Shown: positions 11,831 through 27,790 of the stretch, in pieces
Numbering within the stretch: position 1 is the stretch's first letter
Layout: each line of letters starts with the position of its first letter
Position numbers and translations under genes: made by a program
Source: Callorhinchus milii
Taxonomy: Eukaryota
Direction of reading: 5' to 3'
Assembly (NCBI RefSeq): GCF_018977255.1
Contig: NW_024704742.1
Coordinates: 86,740,001-86,804,000, forward strand
DNA length: 64,000 nt
Notes under the pieces: generated by a model
What the model was told of the DNA's origin: nothing
The model's database searches: none
The model's input: the letters and a program-made list of their open reading frames with translations, nothing else

Positions 11831-14116
11831 TTTATAATATAATCCTGATTTATAACACCTTATTAAGCTGTCAAAACATCATAAAGTACCTCACAGAATT
11901 TACAGTAAAGTGTAGTGACTGTGCAAATGTGGCAGCCAATTTGCACACAGGAATATCCCACAATCAGCTATAAAATGAATGACTAATTTTAGTTGGAAAA
12001 TTCTTGGACAGGACACCAAGAGAAATTCCTTTCTCTTTTTGAAAGTGTTTCACACATAAAAACACAGTCTGACCCCGAGTAAATATTTTCCCTTCTAACT
12101 CTCTCCGGATTAAACTGCTCCAGGGCTATGTTATGAAAATAAAAGCACACACCTATTGCTATAATTTATTCTCTCTTTGTGCTGCTGGTATTTCACCCTG
12201 TTTACATGTTAGATCAGAGCCCCAAATAAAAAGTGATCAGACCTGTGGATTTATAAGCTTCCTCCGTACTCCCATTGCATTCTCCTCTGTGTTCCCTTCC
12301 TTATTCCTCCAGCTCCTCGACAATAACTCTACTTGCCCTGTACTATTCTCATTATAATACGCACAATTTGTTCTCAAACATTTTTTTTTGGTGGCTTCAG
12401 TGTGCTTACTGGTGGCTGCAGTGCTAGTTTTTCCTAAAAAAATCCTTTGGGTTATTCATATGAAAAATAAAAGGAAATATAGACATATGCACATCTCAAA
12501 TGGTTTTCATTTGTTTCTGTACATTTGAGTAGACACTTTTCTGCACAAAACCTTGAATAGCGCAATAAATGAAAAACATTTTAGAGATATATAAAAATTA
12601 TTATTATTACGGATCAGAATTGTCGGTACATTGGTAATCGTCTTAGCGGTTAAGAACGATTACACGAACAAACTTGCGACTCCAAGTTGCAGTTTGTTCT
12701 ATCGGTTTGTACGGCCATCACTGTGTTGACACTGAAGCTCACACCTCACGTAGTGTGTGGGGGATAGGGAACTGTTATGGGGTCAGTGTTGCCAATTTTG
12801 CTACTAGATGTGGTGACTTTTTAGTTCTGTCGGGAGATTTTTTAAGCTTTCCTGCAACATATCGAAAAACTGTGACTTTTAATGAAATCAGAGGGCCTTA
12901 CTTTTCAGAATCTGCTTTCCCCTTCTCAAGCCAGCGGGTGCATGGGGAAAGAAGAAGGAAAGTGAGACAGTGTTGCCAACTGCCACTCAGTAAAAGTTGT
13001 CAGATGGACCTTGAAAAGTCAGTAGATGAAGCAAAAAAAATCACTAAACTCCAGAGAACCTGTGTGTGGGAAGGGAGAGTGTGGTGTGAGTGTGTGGAGC
13101 ATAGCACGGCCAGTTCAAACATGTATTGGGCCTGCTTTTGCGGAGGCGGTTGGGGGCTGGACAACAGTTATCAGGGAGGAGAGCGGGGAATCAGTCAGGT
13201 GTAAGCTCTGTGGCCGCACATAATCAAATGGGTGGCTGTATTTGAGGTACACTGGGCTAGTGTCCGTTTCCTTAAAAAATAACATGGGTGACTTGCAATG
13301 AAAGAAAGAATTGGGATTTTTATAGCGTTAAGTAATAATGAGTATCCTTGCATTGGATAAAGAGGTTATCACATTGGGATAACGTCTCAACCACAATAAC
13401 AAATTACACTTGTATAACGCCCTTCACATCGGAAAGATGTCCTAGTGTGATGGACAGTCAGGGATTTTTGGAAGATGGGGTCAGGCAGGGTGGAGGGCAG
13501 GGAGGGTGGAGGTGGGAGGGTGACTGAAGGCATGGTCGAAGAGGAAGATCTTTCGATGGGAACTGAAAAAGGCAAGTCGCCTTTGAAACAAATTATAGTC
13601 TCAAAGCGCTTCGCAGCTTCAAGTGTGTGTATTTTATAGTCAAACATGATGCATCGCAGTGCCCTACAGTGCACGGTCCTCTCTTGTAATTACTGTCAAG
13701 TGTAGTGACTATTTCTGTAGGCCTACACAGTAGCTATTTTACACACAGGGTCCCATAGACAGCGAATGGTCAATTAATCTTGAACTTTGCGGCCAAGGAC
13801 TTTGGAAGAAATGTTTTTGTTTGAATAGTGTAATAATAACCCTTGCATTTGATATACCGCTTTTTGCTAAGACTATGAGCTCAAGTTCCAGTGTAGGTCT
13901 GGAGCCCACAACCTTCTGCCTCAGAGACGTGTGAGTGCTCCCAACTGAGCCAGACTGACCCCTGGAGAGAGGAGAAGAATAGAGAAGAATGAGAAAAGGC
14001 TGTAACACATTTAAAAATAGGCGATGATGCTGATGTCTCACAGCGTCTTTAGACAAGCAGCAGAAATATTCTAGTGGAAAAACAAAAAAAAACTGAATAA
14101 AACATTAACTGATTCC

Positions 14117-14940
14117 TGATTGGCTCACGCCAGCGCCTCAGGCTCTGGCAGCATTAACCTCCATGGTTGCACACTACAACTCACCAAACTAGTCAGGAAC
14201 CTAGGTGTCTTTTTCGACCCTCACCTGCCTTTTCTCCCCCACATTCAATCCATGACCCACTCTGCCTTCCCTCACCGCCGTAACATTGTCCATCTCCGCC
14301 ACTACCTCACCCCTCAGGCCGCTGAAACTCGTTCATGCCTTCATCACCTCCAGGCTCGACTATGCAAATGCCCTGTGTGTCGGCCTTCCCAACTCCTCCC
14401 TCCACAGGCTGCAGATAATCCAGAACTCTGCAGCCCGTGTCCTCTCCCGCACCAACCTCTGTGACCCCATCTCCCCCACTCTCGCCCGACTCCATTGGCT
14501 CCCTATCCTTCAGAGGATCCAGTTCAGGATCCTGGTCCTCACATACAAAGCCCTCCATGGCCTCGCCCCATCCTACCTCTGTGACCTCCTAACCCCCTAC
14601 AAACCCGCCCATTCCCTCCGCTCAGCCGGCTCTGGCCTTCTCCACATCCCCTGACCTATCCGCCCCACCATTGGCGGGAGAGCCTTCAGCCACTCTATCC
14701 CCAACCTCTGGAATTCCATCTCCCAGTCACTCCGCCTCATCCCCTCCTTAGCCTCCTTCAAGTCCCGCCTCAAGACCCTCCTCTTCGACCATGCCATCGG
14801 CCACCCCCCTTCCCCTCCCCTCCCTCTCACCCCCCCAACCCCAGCTCGGGTCTGAAATGCTGCACACTGTCCAGCGCCTTGGGACGTCCTCCCGACGTGA
14901 AAGGCGCTATATAAATGTAATCTTCTTGTTGTTGTTGTTG
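14117..14940 (+). mobile_element. Young L2 3' fragment (same subfamily as 9672-10640, opposite orientation)
   Basis: LVHAFITSRLDYANALCVGLPNSSLHRLQ; tail gggacgtcctcccgacgtgaaaggcgctatataaatg followed by (ttg)n. Confidence 0.93.
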
Positions 14941-16389
14941 ACTGACAACTCACACAAAGCAAAAAACACACCAGTTAGTTCTGCAAATGGCATGGGAAAC
15001 GTCTGCTTATAAACAAATTCAAACGCCAAACCATTTTCCAGCTTGTTCAGTGATGTATGAGGGGCAAATTTGAGATATACATCAGCGAGCGTAAAGTTGC
15101 ACCAGGTGCAATTAAATAAAATTGAAATAAAACAATCACTTCACATAGCCCAAGCACTAGGAACAACAAACAACAACTGGCATTTATATGTTGCCTTTCA
15201 TGTAGGATGGACATCTCAAAGTGCTTAGCAACAGGCAAACCTTTAAGCAAGAATGGGCAGGATACTCTGGGGTGCAATTAACATGTTGCCATGATTAAAC
15301 GAAACACAAATACTTCTGTACCTTTTGTAGATAATGGATATGTACATACACAGATATGCACATAACACTGTGTAAGCAACAGAGACCTGCCTGTTTGCCA
15401 TTGATAGAGTTGGCAATTCCACAACTGAACCATAGGAAATCTCAAACGTGCACTGACAGATTATGGGACACTCGGCATTGTTGTTACCAGCTGCTGCTGC
15501 CATCTGTAGCAGCAGTGCCCTCTGCCACCTAGCTTTGGTATGCTGGGGGCACTGCTCATTCTGTAGTTTGCTGCCAGTTGCTGGCTGTCCAGAAGCAGCC
15601 TCCACCAGCCAAATCTGATAAGGTCAGCCCTGGCAGTGCTGGAGCCAGCAATCAGGACCTTCTGCTTTACCCCTTCCTACGTCTGAACAGCTTACCATTT
15701 TTGTACAGGTCAAGTCAAAGCACAATTTCCCCTTCCTGTCTCCACCCAGCTGAAAGGCAGACGCATCATTGACAGTCAGCTACAAATCATATATATGAGC
15801 CATCTCTGTTCACGGTCTGATACTTGTCCTAATATTGTCCAAAAGTATCAGGTTTTTCACGCAACAATGGTGATTCTTGTGGGGAGGAGCGGATAGAGAA
15901 TACAGTACCTTCCACTGTGGAAGATACAAACTTTTGTGCAACAGGAGTCCAGGACTAACACAGCTTTGTACTCCCCCTATCTTACCCACTCTGTCTCTTA
16001 CATCTCCATGTCTGGGTCAGAGTGCGTCCAGCTAAGCAAATTTCTTCACCCTCTAAATGACATAGTTATCCTTAATGTCGAGGAGTGTACCAATGGAGTC
16101 TCCCCAGTTGAGACAGATGAATAGAAGGATAGTTAGCTTTGGTGAGTGCTCACCCTTCCATGTTGAATGTGTGCACACATTTACATCCTGAACAAACTGA
16201 AAACTGTTGGAGATATCACAAAGTAACTGTCAAGCTGCATGTATAGAAGTACGTATTGTAAAAATATCTAGAATTATCAGTCCATGTCAGCCCACTCCAG
16301 AGTTGGTTTGCCTTAAGCGCATAGATTTTCTTACATTGCAAGAAAGTTTTGCCAATTATCTGATGCGTTCAACTTTGGTATTGAATGTG

Positions 16390-16750
16390 CGTCAGAAAAT
16401 TGTGGGGTCAAGGCCTGCAGATTTAAACTCATATAATCTAAGGTGACTCCAACGCAGTGCTAGGGATGTGGTGCATTATCAGAGATGCTGTCCTACAGAT
16501 GAGACATTAAACCGAGGCCCCATCTGCCCATTAAAGATCCCATATCACTATTCGAAAAGAGAAGGGAATTTCTCCCGGTGTCCTGACCAACAATCCTCAC
16601 AAGCAAAACTAGTCATTAACTTCATGGCTGGTTATTCAACAATGCTGTGCACAAACTGGCTGCCACTCTCACGAAACACAGTCACACCACTTTACAGTAT
16701 ATTCTGTGAAGTTCTTTGGGACATCCTCCTGATGTGAAAGGTGCTATACA
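16390..16750 (+). mobile_element. Deu-domain tRNA-SINE
   Basis: gatgagacattaaaccgaggccccatctgcc...aaagatccc...ttctcccggtgtcctgaccaa, then an L2-like tail. Confidence 0.65.
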
Positions 16751-19104
16751 AAATACAATATAAAATTACATTTGTAAAGCGCCTTTCACATCGAGAGGGC
16801 ATGCCAAGGCGCTGGCAATATATAAGGATTATTATTATTCTGATGCTCACATCCATACATTGAATTGTATACATCCCCCAAAATAGGGTTAAATCAGAAA
16901 GAGACCAAATTATTCCATGCAATTTTTTAAACATAGATTGAAAGAACTTACATCTTTAAAGCGGCTTATGTTGAAATGTTTCAAAGCATTTCACATTATT
17001 TACTGTCAAGTGTAGTGTCAGGTTTTGTGGGTAAACACATTAATTACAGTTGAAGCCCGCTATAAGGCAACAGCTGGGTCCGCCTTATAACGGCTGTGAT
17101 CAAGAGCGGACACTGGTTAGAGCACTGCATTTGTGTAGAAAAACAGCTGGCCTCTCCAGTTGACCAAATTCTGGGTTAATGTGTGACCTCTCACATGATT
17201 CCCTGTACACCGCGCATCATAGTATGTGCAGAAAAAAAATGCCATATCCAATGTTAATAAATGGCTGACTTCTGGGTCATCAGGTCACTGCCAATGTCAC
17301 TTCCTAAAAGCTGTTGCAGCGTGCAAAAGATGACAATAGTAGTGACCTGATGACTGAGAATTTGAGAGGTTTTTTTTAATATGTTGGAAGCCGGCTAGTC
17401 CATGCGCTAAAACCGACAGTGCACCTGTTTTATAATGGGGTATCCTTTACTTTATACACAGTGTAAAATACCACAAAATACCACGTTGTGTGAATGACCA
17501 ATTTATCTGGTGGATCACTGGCCAGGACATACATAGAATAAGAATTAATGCACTTGATACAACACCTAAAATATTGAAGGTAACTGCAGGCAGAAATGAT
17601 CTGCTGAATCACTGACAACTCTAGATTTTTACTACAAGTACTGCAATACTTATTTATATTGTAGGCAACATCCTAGCCAATTTGGGGTCTTCAATAACCA
17701 CTTGAATGGTTAAACAGAACCTTGGTTTAACAGATCACCCAAAGTACAGCACCTCCAACAATGCAATGCATTCACGGTGCTGTATTGGAGTGTCAGGCAA
17801 GTTTAGGAGCTCAAATCCTGACATGAGGGTTTGAAACCATAATCCAGCTAAGAGGCAAGAGTGCTGTCAGCTGAACGAAACTCACATTTTAATCTACACA
17901 GATTGTTAACTTGAAATATCTCTCCGCGTGCAAGCAATACCAGAATTTATGAATTCAAAAAACGGCAAGTTGGGAATAGCTAGATATTTTGATTCAGACC
18001 ATCTCCACGCAAATATTTATTTGCACTGTCACAATAATCTGGTCTGAAAGCGGAGTAACATTCATCACGCTGAAATGGGCTGCTGAATCATTGACAACTC
18101 CAGATTTGTTTAAAAATACACATTTACTAACTTACAGCAAAATCGGTGTGACTTTCAGTGAAATATTTCAACAGGTGCTGGAGTTTTCTCAAAACCTTAA
18201 CTGGAATTTGTCATTTTATTTTAGATAAACCCCACCTCACTCACACACACACACACATACACACAGAGCACTAACTGACTCACAACTTCACTCACTAAAA
18301 GATAACCTGTCAACAACACTCAGAGGAACAGAAATCGTATGTCAGAGAGAGACATCGAGTATCCCCTGCATCAAAGCACAAATATAACAGTAATAATCCT
18401 TGCATTTAATAAAGCGCCTTCTCACATTGATAAGACGTTTCAAAGCGCTTCACAGAATAAATTGTCAAGTGGATTTTATTTGCGAAACACGGCAGCCAAT
18501 TGCGCACAGCAGTATCCCACAAGTGGTCGTGGATTGAGTGACCAATTTTTTTTAGGGATAGGGATGAGGGCCGGATCTGTGCTCTGCAGGGAGACAAGTA
18601 CAACAGCACAAAACCTGCAATGCACGGGGGTGGGGGGACAGATTCAACATGTAGATTAACTGGGCAATGGTACAGTCAGAAGATAACAGAACACAATGGG
18701 GCGGCAAAGGGCCAACAACATGTGAATCTGACAGATAATAGAAAATGAGGTCTGGGATAACAAAGGGACAAAGAGAGGGGAAGAGGAGGAATGAAAGAAA
18801 AGTGCGGAGAGAGAGCAGAATGGATAGATGCCACTGGAAGCCACCAGATTAGCAGCAATATATTGAGAACAAACGCAGAGTCAGGAGGCGGATGAAGAGG
18901 AGAAAAGGGGAGCAGAATAAGTCCAACAAACAACAACAACAACAACAAATGACATTTTGTACATAGCCAGCGCCTTTCGCGTCTGGACCGGACAACAAAA
19001 GCCTCAAACAAGTGCTGAGAGAGGCATTATTTGTTTTTGCAGTAACTTTTTTTTTGTGTGCGTGTGTGCTTTTTCTTTCTCTCAACCCCCCCCCCCACCC
19101 CCCC

Positions 19105-21104
<2,000 letters not shown>

Positions 21105-22569
21105 TCAAACTTTTTCCCATGGTTTTTGTTTTGCTCTCTCTCTTCTCTCTTTTTTTCCCTCTCTCTCTCTCTCTCCCTCCCTCCCTCCCTCTTGTGAAGT
21201 GGCTGACTGAGAAGTTTTAAAATAACCACAAGCAGCCAGAGGGGATTGCGTTACAGGATCTGGCAAAGGCACAAACCAGTCACTTTAGCAGGAGTTGAGT
21301 GTGTGTGTGTGTGCACAACACCAGAGGGTAAAGACATCGTGGGATCGTCTCACTTCAACACTCTCCACCCTCCCCTCCCCTCCTCCAACTCCCTCCCTCC
21401 TTCTCCTCCTCCTCCTCCCAGTCTAAGGTCAGTCCCACTTCTGTCCCGGTGCTTGTTGTGTGCTCCCTGTGTATTTATAACAACCATTTGCATTCTGATA
21501 CAGCGCCTTATCGCGCTTTCGAGAGACGTCTCAAAGCGCCCGATGGGATAAAATAATAATAGTTAATCGTCGCGTTTTCATACGGCGCCTTATCGCGTCG
21601 TTGAGACGTCTCTCCAAGCGCTTCACGGGATACTCTGTAAAGTGGATTGACTGGATTTTGTGGGCAAAACAAGACAGCCAATTGGGCACAGCAATATGCC
21701 TCAAGCAGTCTTTCAAATTAAAAAATTCTAATATTAAAATATACTGTAAAATGGAGTGACTGTGTAGTTTGTGGGAGAAATTTGCACCAAATTTGTGATA
21801 TTTAGTCTCCCACCCACTCCCCAAACAGTGCCATTGGATTTTTGTTATCTTCTAAAGATAATTAACGCTTGTGTCTAACAAAAAATGAACGTATAATTTA
21901 TACGATTCCCACTGTGCCCAGTCACTCTTTATCCCCGATTCATAAGCAATCCTTCTAATCCATCACTGCGCGTGTATGTCTCCAAAGTTTCCGTAATTGA
22001 CTGGACTTAACAGCTTATTCCCCATCTACTTCACACCACATCGATTTTTTGAGGAGGGGATGTTTTAGCTGCAAAAAATCGTAAACTGTGTATTTGAGAA
22101 GCTTTTTTTTAAGCAGTGAAATTTGCTGGATTTCATACTTTTTAAGTTTATTTTACAAATATATGCAGACAACATATTGGTTGAGTAGGTTAGATGTAGA
22201 GTTTGTGTGTCTGTGGGAGGGGTGGGGGGGATTCCTCTATAAATTGTTATGTGAGGCTATGAACAGTTTATTAATGATATCAAGAAGTGTTAGGCCTTAG
22301 ATTACACTCCCCCCCAAAAAAATGAATTCACCCTCTGAGAGTTCAGATATAGCAGTTGGAAGTAGGCATTACAGTTTTAGACAGCACCGAGTAGACAGAC
22401 ACCACCCACCCCACCCCAAGAAAATTACTTCACTTGAACAGAAGTAGTTAAGGTTTTAATCCCCCGCTTGTCACAATATTATTAATAATAATAACCTGTG
22501 TGTGCCAAGCACTGACGCAAGGCCTAACGTGCGTGTCCAACAACGAAACCAGCATCAGGCCGGGCGGCG

Positions 22570-23140
22570 TCTCAGAGCGGAGCCCGAGGCCGAGCCAAGG
22601 GGAGGGGGAAGGTGACCGTAGGCGAGGTTGAAAAGGAAGGTCTTCAGGTGTGACCTAAAGATGGGGAAGGAGGGGGTGAGGCGAGAGGGTTGAGGGAGGG
22701 AGTTCCAAAGTTTCAGGACGTGGTGTCTGAAGGCACGGCCGCTGATGGTGGAGCAGAGGATTCGGGGACACGGAGGAGGTTGGACCCAGTAGAGCGGAGG
22801 CAGCGGGTACTGCTGAGGGGGGAGAGGAGGTTAGAGAGATGGGGGGTGCCAAGGAACAGAGGGATTTAAACACTAGAGGGAGGATCTTGAAATTGATCGG
22901 CTCTGTGACAGGGAGCCAGTGGAGATCGGCAAGGACTGGGGTAATCGGGGTACGGTGTTTGGTGCGGGTGAGAATGCCGGATGGCAGAGCTTTGAATGAG
23001 CTGAATTTTGTGAATAGTGGAGGAGAAGAGACCGGCAAGGAGGGCATTAGAGTAGTCCAGCCGAGAGGTGACAAAGGCATGGACAAGGGTTTCGGCAGCT
23101 TTTGGGATGAGGTATTGTCGGATCAGTGTGAACAGGTATG
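22570..23140 (-). mobile_element. L2 3' fragment
   Basis: ETLVHAFVTSRLDYSNALL, LHWLPV. Confidence 0.85.
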
Positions 23141-23239
23141 AAAATGAGTGAGAACAGCCAGATGTAATATCAGTGCGAAATCTGAATGCAGACTTCAGTC
23201 CCACATAGCTCTTTTACTGACTGACTTTTTTGGGGTTAT

Positions 23240-23794
23240 TAAGGTAAAGGATGAGATGTTAAACCAAGGTCCCGTATGTGCCTGTTTAGGCGGACGTTAA
23301 AGAATCCGTGGGCACAATTCGAAAGGAGAAGGGAGTTTCTCTCTCCCGGTGTTCTGGCCAACAGTCCTCAAGTACAAAAAATTGGTCACTCGCTCTATGG
23401 TTTTTTGTGGAATTTGCTTACGTAACTGACTGTCGCATTTTGTCGCCAAAATACAGTCACTTTATTTTACAGTACATCATGGAGTCCTTGTCTCGCAAGC
23501 AAGGAGTCCCAGGTTCGATTCCCGGGCAGGGCGAAACGGTGGGCAAGTTTCCTTACTCTACACACCTCTGATTACCTAGCAGTAAGAAGGAACCCGGTTG
23601 TTAATCGATTGGTGGATTGCTTTTGCGGGGGAAATAATCCCTTCAAACAATAATAATAATAATTTGGTCACTCAATCCAGGACTGTTTGTGGGACACTGC
23701 TGTGCGCAATTGGCTGCGTGTTTCGCCCACAAAATATAGTCAATTCACTTCACAGTATATTTTGTGAAGCGCTTTGAGACATCTCGAAGATGTG

Positions 23795-23822
<28 letters not shown>
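23240..23822 (+). mobile_element. Deu-type SINE (23240-23475) followed by a long-form tRNA-SINE (23480-23822)
   Basis: atgagatgttaaaccaaggtcc domain, then ggttcgattcccgggcagggcgaaac...(att)n. Confidence 0.75.
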
Positions 23823-23825
<3 letters not shown>

Positions 23826-24669
23826 CACCATCAATGGGTTGGGCCCCCATAACCTCGTTAGCCCTACCATGACAGATCCACTTGCACCATTGTAGTTATG
23901 CCTCTATGAAAAGATTTGGCAGTTTTGTGTTGTGTTCCTCAATCCCTCTATCTTGCCCCCTCTTGGCCCATTTTTTCTCCCACAAAATACAGCCAATCCA
24001 CTTTATTGTATATTCTTTCAAGTGCTTTGAAGCAGCTCAATAACGTGATAAGGCACTATATCAAATGCAAGGATTAGTATTATTATCTTCAAATCACACC
24101 TAAAGACTTTACTCTTTGACTGTGCGTTCGGTCACCTCTCCTCACTTTCCAGCTCAGCTTCAAACCACACTGCTTTAGGAGTTCTCAGACACCACTCATT
24201 GGAAATGTGTCATTTAAATACAAGTTGTTATTATTACTGTGAGACTTGCATTCTATAGTGTGAGCTGGATTTCAGAGGAAATCTAAGAGATGCAAGTACA
24301 GTTGTATGCTAACCCATTACACTGGACAGTACATCCACTAACAACACTATCTTAATATTGTACTGTTTAGTAGAACATTTGCAGACATGTGGATAAAGCA
24401 CATGTGGAATTTACCAAACTGCTCTGGCGATGCTTCTTGCTTGTGCCAGCAGTGGAGAACATACTTCATCTACTTGACCCTCTTCCCTAACTTCCAACCC
24501 CTTTTCTTCCCTGTGGAAAAGGTCAATCAATATAGCATAGTTAGAATAATGAAAGAGCAGCATCCCTATTCAAAACCCTATCCTGAGAGACATTCAGCCC
24601 AGGAATTTGCTGCATGCTTATCCACTCTATAAAACCTCCGTCATTAACTCATTACAATATACAGTAATG

Positions 24670-25050
24670 ATAATCCTCACATTTGATATATCACCTACAA
24701 CGTCAAAGCACTTCACCAGGAATTGTGCCAAGTACATTTGACTGTTTATTTGAAGGAAAATACAGCAGCCAATTTGTGCATAGCAAAGTCCCACAAACAA
24801 TTATGAAGTGAATGATCAGGGTTTGAAACCACGATACTGGGAGAAACTCTTTTCAAATCAGGTCATAGGATTTTTGATATCCACTTGATCAGGTAGGTGG
24901 GACCTTGACATCGGCAAAGGATGACACCTATAATGATGCAGTATTCCCCTGGAGTGTCAGATACTCTATGAGCTCAAAGCCTATGGGGCTTAATCCACAA
25001 TGTTCTGACTCAGAGATGGCAGTGCTACCAACTGAGCCAATCTGACAATT
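24670..25050 (-). mobile_element. Deu-type SINE relic
   Basis: Reverse-strand head (ggctcagttggtagcac), central domain and tail. Confidence 0.6.
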
Positions 25051-25329
25051 ACAAACCTCTCATGCTCATTATTGTGCACATGTTTATGTACAGAGGAAAT
25101 TACATATGCTTTTAATTATGCAATGAACAATCGTTGAAAAGGATTTATTAATGAACAACCAATACCGGATCAATATAGACCACCAGAGACACAAAAAGAT
25201 AGGATTTCACAAGGGTTTGAAGGCAGGGAGTGTGGTTACCAAGACAAAAGGGAACTGAGTTCAGAGTCCTCATGTCACAAACTCTGTTCTGGATGAGCAC
25301 AAATTTCCTGGGAAGCCATACTCTTTGGC

Positions 25330-26077
25330 TGACATCAACGTTTTCTCTCCTGCATGTCTGAACTCCTCAAGCTCCTCGGGCTATCCCTCAGACTCACTGA
25401 ACCCTTGTGCAACTTAGACATCCTTTCCTTTCTACTCCATATCCGTTCCCTGACCAGGACCACTTTTTAACTACCTCACTCATATTGCCTGCCTCTGTCC
25501 ATACCTCACAACCAAAGAAGCCGAAACCCTCGTCCACGCCTTCATCACACCCCGGCTGGACTATTCCAATGCCCTTCTTACTGGTCTCCCCAGCTCCAAC
25601 ATACACAAAATTCAACTAATTTAAAACTCTGCCGCCCGCATACTCACCTGGACAGTACTCCGTACTTACATCACACCAGTCCTTACCAGGTTCCACTGGC
25701 TTCCAATTACCGAATGGATTGATTTCAAGATCCTCTCACTTGTTTTCAAATCCCTTCATGCCCTCGTACCTCCCTACTATCCAACCTGCTTACTCCCCAC
25801 TCCAACATTCGTTGCCACTGCACGTCTGGCTCCGGCCTCATATTTGTCCCTCGTGCCCACCATTCCACCATCAGTGGCCATGCCTTCAGCCATTATGCCC
25901 TAAAACTCTGGAAATCCCTCCCTCAATCCCTCTGCCTTGTCCCCTTCCTGCCCATTTTTAAATCCGCCTGAAGACCTTCCTTTTTGATCATGCTTATGGT
26001 CACCTCCCCCTCCCTCTCATGTTCGGACTCCGCCACTGTCAAGCGCTTCAGGATGCCCCGCATGAAGGCCGCTATAT
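25330..26077 (+). mobile_element. L2 3' fragment; its terminal tail resumes at 27791-27818
   Basis: gaaaccctcgtccacgccttcatcac...gaaggccgctatat | atataaatgcaagttgttgctgctgttg. Confidence 0.85.
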
Positions 26078-27790
26078 CATAGAATTATAGAATCATACAG
26101 CACAGAAAGAGGCCATTTGACCCATCGTGTCTACGCCGACTCCGAAAAGAGCAATCCAACTCAATCCCACTGGCCCGCTTTCTCTCCATAGCCCTGCAAT
26201 CCTGTCCACCCCAAATATCCATCTACTTCTCTCTTAAAAGTTGTTATTGAATCGGCTTCCACTACCCTTTCAGGTAATGCATTCCAGATCGGAACAACTC
26301 GCTGGGTGAAAACATTTTTCTTAATCCCCCTCTGTTTCTTTTAACAACTATCTTAAATCGGTGTCCTCAGGTTACTGACCCACATACCAGTTTTTCCCGG
26401 TTCAACCTATCAACTCCTCTCATGATCTTGAAAACCTCTATTAAATCCCCTCTTAATCTTCTCTGCTCTAGGGAGAATAATCCTAGTTTCGCTAACCTCT
26501 CCTCATAACTAAGGTCCTTCATTCCTGATACCATTCTGGTAAACCTCCTTTGCACCCTCTCCAATGCCCTAACATCTTTCGTAAAGTGCGGTGCCCAGAA
26601 CTGAACACAGTATTCCAACTGAGGCCTAACCAGCACTTTATAAATATTCAACATAACCTCCTGACTTTTGAATTCTATGTCCCTGTTTATAAAACCTAGT
26701 AACCCATATGCTTTTTTAACAGCTTTATCTACCTGTCCTTCCATCTTCAGAGATTTACTTATGTGGACCCCCAGGTCTGTTCATTTGCCCCCTTTTTAGA
26801 TTGTAGCTTATACTGCCTCTCCTCATTCTTCTTACTAAAATGCAACACTTCGCATTTCTCCACATTAAACCTCATCTGCCACGTTTCTGTCCATTTTACC
26901 AATCTAAGTCCTCTTGGGGTCTGGTGCTATCCTCCTCCCCATTAGCTACTTTTCCTAGCTTAATATCATCTACAAATTTGAAAATTGTGCTCCCTATATC
27001 CAGGTTCAGATCATTAATATAGATCAGAAAGAGCAGTGGTCCCAATACCAACCCCTGAGAGACACCACTACATACCTCCCTCCAGTCAGAAAAGCAACCG
27101 TTTACTACCACTCTCTGCTTTCTGTCTCCTAGCCAGTTCTGGATCCATGTTGCCACGGTCCCTTTAATACTGTGGGCTTCTATTTTATTTATACGTCTCA
27201 CTCGCTTTGCAAGTGAGAGACCTGAGTTCAATTCCAGGCAGGGCGAAACCTTGGGCAAGTTTCCTTACTCCACACGCCTAATAATAATCCCTCCAAAACA
27301 AAACAATAATAAATTGGTCATTTTCAATCTATGACTGTTTGTGGGACATTGCTGTGCGCAATTGGCTGCCGCGTTCGCCCACAAATATACAGTCAATTCA
27401 CTTTACAGTGTGTTCTGTGAAGCGCTTTGGGACGTCCTCCCGACGTGAAAAGCGCTATACCAAATGCAAGGATTATTATTATTATTATGTGGCACTTTGT
27501 CAAATGCCTTTTGAAAATTAAGATAAACTATGTCAACTGCACTACCTTCATCCACCCTCTCAGTCACTTCATCAAAAAATTCTATTAGGTTTGTCAGACA
27601 CTATCTGCCATTAAAAAATCCGTGTTGACTGTCCTTTATTAAACCATAATTTTCTAAGTGAGATTTATATTGTCCCGGATTATAGTCTCCAGAAGTTTCC
27701 CTACTACTGATGTTAGGCTGATTGGCCTGTAGTTCTCAGGTTTATCCTTCTGCCCCTTTTTGTACAGGGGAGAAACATTTGCAACCTTCC
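26078..27790 (-). mobile_element. CR1 LINE 3' ~1.35 kb (interrupted by a SINE)
   Basis: WLGDRKQRVVVNG, RPQLEYCVQFWAPH, LERVQRRFTRM; (attctatg)n-like tail at 26078-26097. Confidence 0.93.
27138..27488 (+). mobile_element. tRNA-SINE short form inserted in the CR1
   Basis: ctcgctttgcaagtgagagacctgagttcaattccaggcagggcgaaac...(att)n. Confidence 0.9.

Noticed and set aside
12674..13204. 176-aa ORF and two cagtgttgccaa motifs (~12784, ~12968) resembling hAT termini
   Set aside because: No protein similarity I recognise; both motifs are in direct orientation with no matching inverted end.
15490..15545. Cluster of CTCF-like half motifs (gccatct, gccctct, gccacct)
   Set aside because: None completes the core consensus.
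17345..17358. TGATGA and CTGA (snoRNA C/D box words)
   Set aside because: The boxes are adjacent rather than ~70-120 nt apart and lie on the strand opposite the host transcript.
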